DNA of 24,000 nt from Candidatus Electrothrix aarhusensis (GCA_004028505.1 MTKO01000129.1:30559-54558); one strand, 5' to 3'. Positions 7,684 through 15,849 are shown, numbered from the stretch's first letter. Numbers and translations: made by a program. Notes: a model not told the origin generated them from the sequence alone.

Positions 7684-7697
7684 TTAATCGTGAGGTT
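7684..7697. promoter_or_regulatory. 14-nt motif TTAATCGTGAGGTT, copy 2, located 49-62 nt upstream of the ferredoxin start codon
   Basis: Exact identity with 3380..3393. Confidence 0.3.
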
Positions 7698-7745
7698 ACT
7701 TTTATAAAAGGGCTCGTTAGAGGGCCGCTACTAAGGAGAAAGACG

Positions 7746-7931
7746 ATGTTTGAAGTAGTTGTAGACAAAGAAAAATGTGTAGGTTGTGAAGAGTGTGTTG
7801 GTTCCTGCCCTGCAGGGGTTTTTGAAATCGTTGATGGAAAGGCAGATCCGGTCAACGAAGACGAATGTCTGGGTTGCGAAACCTGCGTGGAAGTTTGCGA
7901 ATCCGATGCCATCACCGTTACCGAAAGCTAA
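7746..7931 (+). CDS. Small 2x[4Fe-4S] ferredoxin (61 aa)
   Basis: MFEVVVDKEKCVGCEECVGSCP...CLGCETCVEVCE contains two CxxCxxCxxxC(P/E) motifs. The RBS AAGGAGA lies 6 nt upstream of the ATG at 7746. The track ORF's upstream TTG extension (7623) is not credible. Confidence 0.85.
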   Translation: MFEVVVDKEKCVGCEECVGSCPAGVFEIVDGKADPVNEDECLGCETCVEVCESDAITVTES

Positions 7932-7939
7932 GGACCGCA

Positions 7940-7999
7940 GTTGATGATGGAGGGCAACGGTGTTGCTGCTGCATAGCATAGCCGTTGTCCACTATCAAC
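7940..7999 (+). terminator. Long imperfect stem-loop directly after the ferredoxin stop codon, with a T7 tract 20 nt further on (8019-8025)
   Basis: GTTGATGATGGA...CAACGG at 7940-7960 pairs with CCGTTG/TCCACTATCAAC at 7982-7999. That gives about 17 pairs with one mismatch and a 3-nt bulge. It is not a canonical hairpin+U terminator. Confidence 0.3.
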
Positions 8000-8108
8000 C
8001 AAGGCACTCCACTTACCGTTTTTTTCCTATCTGTTTCATTTTCATACTCCCTTCTTTCCTACCACCTTCTTTTTTGACGTGTTGAAATTGAGGTGTCAGT
8101 TAATTCTA

Positions 8109-8217
8109 AGGGAGGCAGAAAATAATATCTGTCCAGTGATTGGATAGAATGATTGTATGTAACGTGTCAATCCGTTAATAATCAATATTTTGGATGATTT
8201 TTTCTACCTGCCTCCCT
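8109..8217. repeat. 109-bp element bounded by inverted repeats AGGGAGGCAGAAAA / TTTTC(TACC)TGCCTCCCT
   Basis: 8109-8117 is perfectly complementary to 8209-8217 (9 bp). A further 5 bp (8118-8122 with 8200-8204) pairs after a 4-nt bulge. The interior is AT-rich. The element sits in a 460-bp gap between convergent genes. Confidence 0.5.
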
Positions 8218-8313
8218 AAAGCTTGATAAATTTGCAAAAAATCTCAAATATTCTTTAATTGCATTGCTATAAAGACCCCCTGAACCCTTATTTTGTTGCG
8301 GGTAGCCAGCTGC

Positions 8314-8350
8314 AATAAAAAAGGGCACAGGGAAAAATCCCTGTGCCCTT
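8314..8350 (-). terminator. Rho-independent terminator of the Cys-rich protein gene
   Basis: A 13-bp perfect stem AAGGGCACAGGGA / TCCCTGTGCCCTT has a 4-nt loop. On the minus strand it is followed by TTTTATTG, about 40 nt after the stop codon at 8393. Confidence 0.85.
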
Positions 8351-8392
8351 AAAGCGTTATTCGCTTTGCACGACTGTGAGTGGTACGTTAAA

Positions 8393-9535
8393 TTAGTGCT
8401 GGAAGCGCAGTCCTATACCGAAACGTCCGTACTGAGAGATGTCACTTAGTTCATCAACAGCATTTCGAGCTTCCAAGAAGATGGAAATATTGAATTCATC
8501 TGGTTCTCCGTATACACGCGCTCCGATGTTAGCTAGAATGTCGAGGTCTGTGTCTTCAGAATCGAGATCGTCGTTTCCGTCACTTATCCATGCGCCGAGT
8601 CCGAGGCCAATAAAGCCGTCAAAGGTTTCGGACCAGTTGTACTGAGCAAAGGCGTCAATCAACAGGGCGTCATCACCATCGGAACCTTCCAGTTTAGGAG
8701 CGGCACCGACCATAGCCAAGAATGAAAGATTTTCAAGTGAGGTGCCTGTAAAAGGGCTGTACTCCACACCTAAGCGCGCAAAGAGGTAGTCTGCCGGATC
8801 TGAGAGCCGCAGATAACCGATGTCGCCAATAAAACGAAGTGGGCTCATCGTTCCGCCATCGTAACAGCCGAGTTTCTGACATTCGGCAGGGCAGCCTTCT
8901 GCGTCGGGGTTATCTTCACACTCAGCTGGGCAGTCATCACAAGTAATCACAGCAGCTGTTTCATCAGGGTCATCAAGGCTAGCGTCGTCAGACAGACACT
9001 CTTTCGGCACATCCTGGCACTCAGTGGGACAGTCTTCCTGGTCCTGAGACCCTTCTTTGCAGGATGTAGGACAGTCAGTGGGGAATTTATCGCAGATATT
9101 GCAACCTAACTCGTCACATATAGGCGGGCAATCCTTTCCTTCAGGATTTTCGATACATTCTACAGAACAATCGTCACAACTGTAACATTTTATGTCGCGG
9201 CAGATATCCGGACAACCTTCGTCATAGGGATTGATTTTACATTCATCCGTACAGTCCTCACAGGATTGGCAGGTTATATCCTTACAAATATCCGGGCAAT
9301 CCGCACCATACGGGTTTTTCTTGCATTCATCTGAGCAATCGTCGCAGGATGCTTGGGATGCCTGACATTCTGGATCCTTACAGACGGACGGACATCCTTT
9401 ACTGTAAGGATTTTCCAAACATTCATCTGAGCAGTCGTCGCAGGTGAAGGCTCTGCCTCCGGCAAAGGCGACTCCTGCCGACAGCATGACTAAAACAGCA
9501 GCCTGTGCCAGCACTTTCAGTTTCATGATTCTCAC
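8393..9535 (-). CDS. Secreted cysteine-rich tandem-repeat protein with a C-terminal beta-barrel-like domain (unknown family)
   Basis: 380-aa ORF. RBS AAGGAGAG lies upstream. The Sec-type signal peptide reads MRIMKLKVLAQAAVLVMLSAGVAFA. Residues 32-224 hold 36 Cys in six modules of C-x2-C-x3-C-x8-CP-x2-C-x4-C. Residues 230-380 contain no Cys and end ...GRFGIGLRFQH. The repeat is visible at the DNA level, for example ACATTCATCTGAGCAGTCGTCGCAGG at 9419 versus GCATTCATCTGAGCAATCGTCGCAGG at 9323. Confidence 0.85.
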   Translation of the reverse strand: MRIMKLKVLAQAAVLVMLSAGVAFAGGRAFTCDDCSDECLENPYSKGCPSVCKDPECQASQASCDDCSDECKKNPYGADCPDICKDITCQSCEDCTDECKINPYDEGCPDICRDIKCYSCDDCSVECIENPEGKDCPPICDELGCNICDKFPTDCPTSCKEGSQDQEDCPTECQDVPKECLSDDASLDDPDETAAVITCDDCPAECEDNPDAEGCPAECQKLGCYDGGTMSPLRFIGDIGYLRLSDPADYLFARLGVEYSPFTGTSLENLSFLAMVGAAPKLEGSDGDDALLIDAFAQYNWSETFDGFIGLGLGAWISDGNDDLDSEDTDLDILANIGARVYGEPDEFNISIFLEARNAVDELSDISQYGRFGIGLRFQH

Positions 9536-9629
9536 TCTCCTTGTTCTGTGAAGTTTATCTCATTGCCCGTGTTTTCGGACGAACTGCATTTTACCTGGAT
9601 AAACCCCGGTAAAATTTTTTTTACTTTTA

Positions 9630-9658
9630 ATATATATAAGCTCCTTGGTGATCTGGCA
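9630..9658 (-). promoter_or_regulatory. Candidate sigma-70 promoter for the Cys-rich protein gene (TTGCCA-N17-TATATA on the minus strand)
   Basis: The reverse complement of 9653-9658 is TTGCCA, and the reverse complement of 9630-9635 is TATATA. The site lies about 95 nt upstream of the ATG at 9535. Confidence 0.3.
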
Positions 9659-9825
9659 ACATAAAAAAAGGCAACGAGCGACTGTAGCGTCATTTTTCAG
9701 TGCAATAACAGTACAAGAGCACTCCATGAACAAAGAAAAATAAGATTAGCCCTTGCGTTCCTTTTCCAAGAGGATACTCTATTATTTGAGAGAATTTTTT
9801 TTTACACTCAACTTATATAAAAAAT

Positions 9826-10434
9826 ATGAAGAAAATATCCGGGGTAACCGGAATCATCTGGGCGATCTTTCTGCTCGGTTATTGCTTCTTTCCCGAGCTG
9901 GTCAAACAGGATGCGATTCAATTTCCCCTAGCACTCCTTCTGTCCATTTTTTTGCCGGTCAGTTTTTGGCAGGTTGCAAATCAGGAGAAAAAAAAATACT
10001 TGGCCCTGCTCTTTATCGGAATGTTTCTCGTAAATATTTCCTTTTTGCTGGTTATCATTCGTGGCAGTCTCGTCATGCAGCAACAGATTTCAGAAGAAGT
10101 GAACAGGGGAATACAGCAGGAGCTGGCGGAATATTTGGTTACCGCAGTCAGTGGTAATAAACGGAGGATCGCAGCCCGACTTATTTATCAGCGGCATGGT
10201 GTTGTCTTACCGTTTAAAAACGAGTCAGACATCTACACCTTATACGTGCCGAGCAAAGCTGATAAGAAAACATTTCAGAAAAACTTTTTCGCACGTAATG
10301 ATCTCAAACTCCAGAGCAGAGGCCTTGCAGCTTCTTTTTCCACTGCACTCCTCCTGCTTATGATCCATGCTGGGCTTTTTATCGGGCTGCTGGTCTTTCT
10401 GATTCTCTATGATAAGCGAGAGGGGGAAGGATAG
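9826..10434 (+). CDS. Hypothetical integral membrane protein (about 4 TM segments with a central soluble loop)
   Basis: 202-aa ORF with hydrophobic stretches GIIWAIFLLGYCFF, LALLLSIFLPVSFW, LALLFIGMFLVNISFLLVII and ALLLLMIHAGLFIGLLVFLIL. No family was recognised. Confidence 0.6.
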   Translation: MKKISGVTGIIWAIFLLGYCFFPELVKQDAIQFPLALLLSIFLPVSFWQVANQEKKKYLALLFIGMFLVNISFLLVIIRGSLVMQQQISEEVNRGIQQELAEYLVTAVSGNKRRIAARLIYQRHGVVLPFKNESDIYTLYVPSKADKKTFQKNFFARNDLKLQSRGLAASFSTALLLLMIHAGLFIGLLVFLILYDKREGEG

Positions 10435-10474
10435 AATATACTCAACACCGGAATGAATTATTTTTTTGTCTTCC

Positions 10475-10496
10475 GTGCCCTATAAATATAGGGCAC
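10475..10496. other. Palindrome GTGCCCTATA-AA-TATAGGGCAC between convergent genes
   Basis: The two 10-bp arms are perfect. A T7 tract precedes it on the + strand. No U-tract follows it in either transcription direction, so terminator function is uncertain. Confidence 0.35.
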
Positions 10497-10544
10497 ACTG
10501 TCCGGTATCCAGGAAGTCTTGAACTCTATGTAATGGCGTGTTGT

Positions 10545-11891
10545 TTACACACCATACTTTTTCAACTTATTCAGCAGGGTCTTCCGAGTGATCTGTAAAC
10601 GACGAGCTGCTTCGCTGCGGTTTCCGTTGGTTTCCTCAAGGGTTTTCAGGATGAGCACACGCTCAGCTTCTCTCAGGGTGGACGGTGGCTCTTCTTCTTT
10701 TTTCGGATTCATTCCAGCCCAGTTCTGAACAGCCATAGGCAGGCTGTCAAGGTCAAGATAGTCTCCCCGCATCAGAATCACACCCCGTTCTATGGCGTTT
10801 TCCAGCTCCCGGACATTGCCCGGCCAGGGGTAGCGATTAAAGATATCCATGCATTCTGGAGTGATTCCCTCTACATTACGCTTATTTCTTTTGGCAAAAT
10901 TGCGCAGAAAAAAATCAGCGAGCAAGGGGATATCACCGTCACGGTCACATAAAGAAGGCATGTCCAGGGCCACAACATTCAGTCGGTAATAAAGATCTTC
11001 CCGGAAGTTACCCGCCCGCACCTCCGCTTCCAGGTTCCGGTTGGTTGCTGTGACGATGCGTACATCTACGGTAATGACTTCCTGGCCGCCAACTCGCTGG
11101 AGTTCGTGTTCCTGAAGGACTCGTAAGAGTTTCGCCTGCATAGCCGGGGTTGTTTCACCTATCTCGTCAAGGAAGAGCGTGCCCTCCTGGGCCTGGACAA
11201 AACAGCCCTCGCGGCGACGGTCTGCTCCTGTAAAGGCTCCTTTTTCATGGCCAAAGAGCTCGGATTCCAGCAGAGTTTCAGAAAGGGCTGCACAGTTTAC
11301 CTTGATAAAGGGACCCTTCCTGCGGTGGCTTTTATAATGGAGGGCTGAGGCGACCAGCTCCTTGCCAGTCCCTGAATCACCGCTGATGAGTACAGTGGCC
11401 TCTGTGGGAGCAACCTGGACAATCATCTCCCAAAGGGTTTGCATAGGAATTGAAGATCCTATAATTCTGCCGTCCTCGCCAAAAGGTTTTTCAGAGAGCT
11501 CTGTTTTGTCCGGTTGCTGGCGATGCCCCATCGCAACTTCCAAGGTTTGGCGAAGTCGTTCAAAATCTATGGGTTTGGTAAGATAATCGTGAGCACCGAG
11601 TTTAATTGCTTCAACTGCTGAATCTATTGAGGAATAGGCAGTCATCATAACCACCGGAATCGATGGATTAATGGCGTGTATCTTGCGCAAAGCCTCCAAG
11701 CCGTCCATAGGTTCCATGCAGACATCCAAGAGGATAACATCAAAAGGCCCTTGCCGTACCGCTTCAACCGCTGTCTCGCCGTCATCCGCTTCCTGACACA
11801 ACCATCCCCATTCAGTCAGCATGGAGTAGAGCATGTACCTATGGACCTGCTCATCGTCTACAATTAAAATTTTGACCTTCTTTTGTTCCAT
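10545..11891 (-). CDS. Sigma-54-dependent Fis-family response regulator (NtrC/AtoC-like: REC + AAA+ + HTH)
   Basis: The REC domain reads KILIVDDE...ILLDVCMEPMDG. The AAA+ domain carries Walker A GDSGTGKE and the sigma-54 contact motif ESELFGHEKGAFTGA. The C-terminal Fis-type HTH reads GNRSEAARRLQITRKTLLNKLKKYGV. The ATG at 11891 (MEQKKVKILIVDD) is preferred over the track's TTG at 11912. Confidence 0.9.
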   Translation of the reverse strand: MEQKKVKILIVDDEQVHRYMLYSMLTEWGWLCQEADDGETAVEAVRQGPFDVILLDVCMEPMDGLEALRKIHAINPSIPVVMMTAYSSIDSAVEAIKLGAHDYLTKPIDFERLRQTLEVAMGHRQQPDKTELSEKPFGEDGRIIGSSIPMQTLWEMIVQVAPTEATVLISGDSGTGKELVASALHYKSHRRKGPFIKVNCAALSETLLESELFGHEKGAFTGADRRREGCFVQAQEGTLFLDEIGETTPAMQAKLLRVLQEHELQRVGGQEVITVDVRIVTATNRNLEAEVRAGNFREDLYYRLNVVALDMPSLCDRDGDIPLLADFFLRNFAKRNKRNVEGITPECMDIFNRYPWPGNVRELENAIERGVILMRGDYLDLDSLPMAVQNWAGMNPKKEEEPPSTLREAERVLILKTLEETNGNRSEAARRLQITRKTLLNKLKKYGV

Positions 11892-12133
11892 GAATTTAGT
11901 AAGCTGTTGCAAGTTTTATTACTTCGGTTGAGGAAAGGTTTATATCGGCACGCTGATCAGCACAATATGAATTCAAGTAAAAAAAATATAAAATAATGTG
12001 ATGCAGTGAAATTATCATAAAAAGTCAGGGTTCACCTTATAAGTTATGTAGAAAACAAGTCCCTGTCCATAAAAAAAAGACTTTTGAAAAAACAATATCC
12101 TTTAAGAGGAGGGGAGTCGGGCGAGTCTTTCAA

Positions 12134-12790
12134 TCAATCGCGCAACGAAATACAATCCCAGCCTTTTTGGCGGGCAAGCGTAGCCAATTTTTCATCTGGA
12201 TCAACGGCAACAGGGGTATCCACCTTTTCCAATAAGGGCAGGTCGTTGATTGAGTCACTATAAAAACAGCTCCCTTGAAGCGACATCTTGTTTTTCGCTA
12301 GCCAGTTTTCCAAGCGTTGCACCTTGCCCTCATGAAAACAGGGGATGCCGTCAATCTCTGTGGTGTAGCGATTATTGACGATCTTTGGCTCTGTTGCCAG
12401 GAGATGCTCTATCCCGAAGGCGCGGACAATAGGCCCGGTGATAAAGCTGTTGGTTGCTGTGATAACCATCATCGTGTCCCCATGCTCTTTATGTTTATTC
12501 ACCAAGGCGAGAGCCTGCCCCCCGATCATCGGTTGGATAACGTCCCGCATGAATTCCGCATGGAGCTGTTGAAGCTCTTCCATATTGCGTTCCGCTAGGG
12601 GCTGGAAACTGAATGCGCAGAATTCATAGATATCCAGGGTGCCCTGTTTATATTGGTCAAAGAAACGGTTATTTTCCGCCTCATAAGAGGCCTCATCAAC
12701 CAGGCCTTTTTTAACGAGAAAGCGACCCCACTCATAATCGCTGTCGCCAGCTAACAGGGTATTATCAAGATCAAAAAGAGAAAGTGCCAT
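12134..12790 (-). CDS. HAD-IB family hydrolase (phosphoserine-phosphatase-like)
   Basis: 218 aa with motif I LFDLDNTLL, motif II VITATN and motif IV YSDSINDLPLL. It starts 12 nt downstream of miaB on the same strand. Confidence 0.8.
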   Translation of the reverse strand: MALSLFDLDNTLLAGDSDYEWGRFLVKKGLVDEASYEAENNRFFDQYKQGTLDIYEFCAFSFQPLAERNMEELQQLHAEFMRDVIQPMIGGQALALVNKHKEHGDTMMVITATNSFITGPIVRAFGIEHLLATEPKIVNNRYTTEIDGIPCFHEGKVQRLENWLAKNKMSLQGSCFYSDSINDLPLLEKVDTPVAVDPDEKLATLARQKGWDCISLRD

Positions 12791-12802
12791 ACAGGTATCC
12801 TT

Positions 12803-14170
12803 TTAGAGCGAACTCTCTGTTATAACCGGCTCCCCTTGCAGGGAATGCTCGCCTGCATGAGTAACAGTAACCAAAACAATGTCACCGGGCAGCAGGTCTG
12901 TCGGAGAGGTGAAATGAACAATATGGTTTGTTCTTGTCCGTCCCCGTGCTTTGGAGGGGGAGGAGGATTCAACCATGACTTCAACCGTCTTGCCAAGGAA
13001 TTCCTGGTTGCGTTCTAAGCTGATGGTGTCCTGACGACGTTGAAAACGTTGCAGCCGTTCCCCTTTAACCTCCTCAGCGACCTTGTCGTTGAAATCAGCT
13101 GAGCGGGTATGGGGACGATCAGAGTATTTAAAAGAGTACGAACCGTGGAATCGAACGGTTTCGAGCAGATCCATGGTTTGAGCAAAATCTTTCTCTGTTT
13201 CGCCAGGGAAACCGACAATGACATCGGTGCAGATGGCGATATCAGGACAATAGGAGCGCAGTTCCGCCACTTTTTCCAGGTATATTTCTCGGGTGTATTT
13301 CCTGTGCATCTTTTTCAAGACAGCATTAGAACCAGCTTGCACCGGCAGATGGAACTGCGGGCAGAGATTGGGCAGTTCACGAAAGCATTGCATTAATTCC
13401 GTGGAGAGATCCTGCGGATTTGAAGTGGTGAATCGCAGTCGTTGCACTCCGGGTATCTCGGCAACCATCTTGAGTAGGTCGGCAAAGCCTGTCGGATCTT
13501 CGACAACCGCATTGGTGCAGCCATAGGAGTTGACATTCTGGCCCAGCAGGGTGATTTCTTTGATGCCCCGTGCAATCAAGAGCTGGACTTCTTCCAGGAT
13601 ATCCGCAACCGGCCTGCTGATCTCCCGCCCCCGAGTTTTCGGCACCACACAATAGCTGCAATAATTATTACAGCCCTGCATAATGGTCACAAATTTACGA
13701 AACTCTGCTGGTTGAGCCTGTCCCGGCGCAGGCGCTTCTTCTAATAATCGTTGAAAAGGAGGAATAGTGAACTCCTTGTCAAGATCGCAGGATATTTCCC
13801 TCGTTGTCTCTTGCCGCTCAAGCCGTCCGAGCATTTCCGGCAGCTGATAGAGCTGTTGGGTTCCCACCACAATATCCACATGGGGCATTCGGTGGAAGAT
13901 CTGCTCTCCTTCCTGTTGGGCCACGCAGCCAGCCACTGCTATGCGCAGGTCTGGTTGCTTTTTTTTCTGCTTGCGGAGCATTCCAAGCATGCTGAAAACT
14001 TTCTGCTCTGCCTTGGCACGGATGGAACAGGTGTTGAGGATGACCAGATCCGCATCTGTCTGCTCTCCCACCGCGATGTAGCCGGATTGAGACAGAAGCT
14101 GGACCATGATTTCCGAGTCCCGCTCGTTCATCTGGCAGCCAAAGGTTTTTATGTAAACGTGTTTACTCAT
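12803..14170 (-). CDS. miaB: tRNA-2-methylthio-N6-dimethylallyladenosine synthase MiaB
   Basis: 455 aa. The N-terminal region reads YIKTFGCQMNERDSE, the radical-SAM motif is CNNYCSYC, and a C-terminal TRAM-like domain is present. Confidence 0.93.
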   Translation of the reverse strand: MSKHVYIKTFGCQMNERDSEIMVQLLSQSGYIAVGEQTDADLVILNTCSIRAKAEQKVFSMLGMLRKQKKKQPDLRIAVAGCVAQQEGEQIFHRMPHVDIVVGTQQLYQLPEMLGRLERQETTREISCDLDKEFTIPPFQRLLEEAPAPGQAQPAEFRKFVTIMQGCNNYCSYCVVPKTRGREISRPVADILEEVQLLIARGIKEITLLGQNVNSYGCTNAVVEDPTGFADLLKMVAEIPGVQRLRFTTSNPQDLSTELMQCFRELPNLCPQFHLPVQAGSNAVLKKMHRKYTREIYLEKVAELRSYCPDIAICTDVIVGFPGETEKDFAQTMDLLETVRFHGSYSFKYSDRPHTRSADFNDKVAEEVKGERLQRFQRRQDTISLERNQEFLGKTVEVMVESSSPSKARGRTRTNHIVHFTSPTDLLPGDIVLVTVTHAGEHSLQGEPVITESSL

Positions 14171-14224
14171 ATTGTTATATGATCTTATTATAGCCTGTTA
14201 TTGTATAATGACTTGTTACGTCAT

Positions 14225-15028
14225 CTACATTGGTTCTATGTCTTCCCCGAGATACGCCCTGATGACCTCCGGATTATTCCGGACCTCGTTAGGGGTGCCT
14301 TCAGCGATCTTTTTGCCGTAATCCATCACAAAGATGTGGTCGGAGAGACTCATGACCAATTTCATATCGTGCTCAATCAGCAGGATCGAGATGCCGTCAT
14401 CTCGGATCTCGGTAATCAATGCATCCAGCTCCACAGTCTCCTGGGGATTCATTCCGGCTGCCGGTTCATCAAGCAGCAGAAGGGCGGGATCGGTTGCAAG
14501 AGCCCTGGCTATTTCCAGCCTGCGTTGCGCTCCATAGGGTAAGTTCTTGGCAAATTCATTGGCCAGCTCGGCAAGCCCGACTTTTTCTAACAGAGCAAAG
14601 GAGCGGGCAACGACCTCTTTTTCTTCCTTAATCGTTCGCTTATCGCGAAAGATTGCTCCGAGCACCCTGGCCTTGGTTCGGCAATGGCAACCGATCATGA
14701 CGTTTTCCAGGACGCTCATGTCAGGGAAGAGGCGGATATTTTGAAAGGTCCGAGCCAGTCCCTGCTCTGTCACTTGATTCGGTTTTAAGCCGTTGAGTCG
14801 TTTGCTGCTTTTTCCTGTCGGTGTCAGCAGAAGATGGCCCGAGGTCGGTTTGTAAATTCCGGTCAGGCAATTGAAAAAAGTAGTTTTGCCTGCTCCGTTT
14901 GGCCCGATCAGGGCCGCGATTTCCCCTTGGCCGACCCGGATATTTAGCTTATCCAAGGCTCTGATGCCTCCGAACTGCATGGTCAGGTCACTGACTTCAA
15001 GGATGGTATGATTGCTCTGTTCGGTCAT
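14225..15028 (-). CDS. livG: Branched-chain amino acid ABC transporter ATP-binding protein LivG
   Basis: 267 aa with Walker A GPNGAGKTT, FNCLTGIYKPTSG, signature LPYGAQRRLEIARAL, Walker B LLLLDEPAAG and the LivG-type C-terminus NNPEVIRAYLGE. Confidence 0.9.
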   Translation of the reverse strand: MTEQSNHTILEVSDLTMQFGGIRALDKLNIRVGQGEIAALIGPNGAGKTTFFNCLTGIYKPTSGHLLLTPTGKSSKRLNGLKPNQVTEQGLARTFQNIRLFPDMSVLENVMIGCHCRTKARVLGAIFRDKRTIKEEKEVVARSFALLEKVGLAELANEFAKNLPYGAQRRLEIARALATDPALLLLDEPAAGMNPQETVELDALITEIRDDGISILLIEHDMKLVMSLSDHIFVMDYGKKIAEGTPNEVRNNPEVIRAYLGEDIEPM

Positions 15029-15042
15029 AATCTCTTGCGAAA

Positions 15043-15849
15043 TTAAGATACGTTGGAGTTTGAAATTACGACACGGTTTTTTATCCCTCTTATGACATCC
15101 AAAGGAAATCCTGTAGTTTTAGCGATAATATCAGGGGAGATACCCTCTTTAAGTAAGGCTTTCGCAACGGCCAGCTTACCTTCGTCAAACTGTGCTCTCT
15201 GGAGTTCCTCCTGATGATACTCTTCAATCATATTCGCACGTTCAGCAGGTGAAATTCGATCCTTCTGGATGTGATCAAAAAGTTTATGAATCTCCGGTCG
15301 ACTATAGCGTTTTTCATCAACCTCTTCATCTAACGTGTCATTAATTGCCAGCAGCCATTCCCGATAAGGCTCTGGAGTGGCATCATTGACATATTTAGGA
15401 CACAGGTAGATAATTTTATGAGGAATTTCATTTAAAGGGTTCCCAGATAAATCGTGAGGGTCAAAATCTGTCATTGCGATGTCAGTTTTATGACGGTCAC
15501 CGGAAGTCAGGACAACAAGAGTGAAAACCTTTAATGCCGGATGATAGTCTTTTGAATTTGCAATCTGTTCCAACAAAGCGGCACAGTGATAATAAAGAAA
15601 CCTGTCGTAATGGTCAATACTGCGTGCATGCTGAATATCAACAATGACGCGGTGCTTCTTGTCTTCCGCGAACAAATCAAAACGTGGTGCGACATACCCT
15701 ATCGGCGGGTCAAATTCTTTTTCGGTTTCAACCTGTTCTATCTCCAGAGCTATTCCCAGCATATCTCGAATAAATGCGACAAAGATTTCTGGGTCACAGA
15801 ATGCTTTTTCAAAGACAACTCCGTACCTTAATGATGCCACATGTTTCAT
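15043..15849 (-). CDS. PD-(D/E)XK nuclease family transposase-like protein (Rpn/YhgA-like recombination-promoting nuclease)
   Basis: 268 aa. The N-terminus LRYGVVFEKAFCDPEIFVAFIRDMLG and the core FDLFAEDKKHRVIVDIQH (D...D/E-x-Q/K) are typical of this family. The C-terminus EGKLAVAKALLKEGISPDIIAKTTGFPLDVI is the family's characteristic helical tail. The gene is AT-rich relative to its flanks. Confidence 0.7.
   Translation of the reverse strand: MKHVASLRYGVVFEKAFCDPEIFVAFIRDMLGIALEIEQVETEKEFDPPIGYVAPRFDLFAEDKKHRVIVDIQHARSIDHYDRFLYYHCAALLEQIANSKDYHPALKVFTLVVLTSGDRHKTDIAMTDFDPHDLSGNPLNEIPHKIIYLCPKYVNDATPEPYREWLLAINDTLDEEVDEKRYSRPEIHKLFDHIQKDRISPAERANMIEEYHQEELQRAQFDEGKLAVAKALLKEGISPDIIAKTTGFPLDVIRGIKNRVVISNSNVS

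Noticed and set aside
9016-9030. TGGCAC words as sigma-54 -24 elements (also near 14017 and 22245)
   Set aside because: All are inside coding sequences and lack a TTGC element at the required N5 spacing.
11583-11592. Third partial copy (TAATCGTGAG, 10 nt) of the PFOR/ferredoxin 14-mer
   Set aside because: It is only a 10-nt match located inside the response-regulator CDS, which is consistent with chance.
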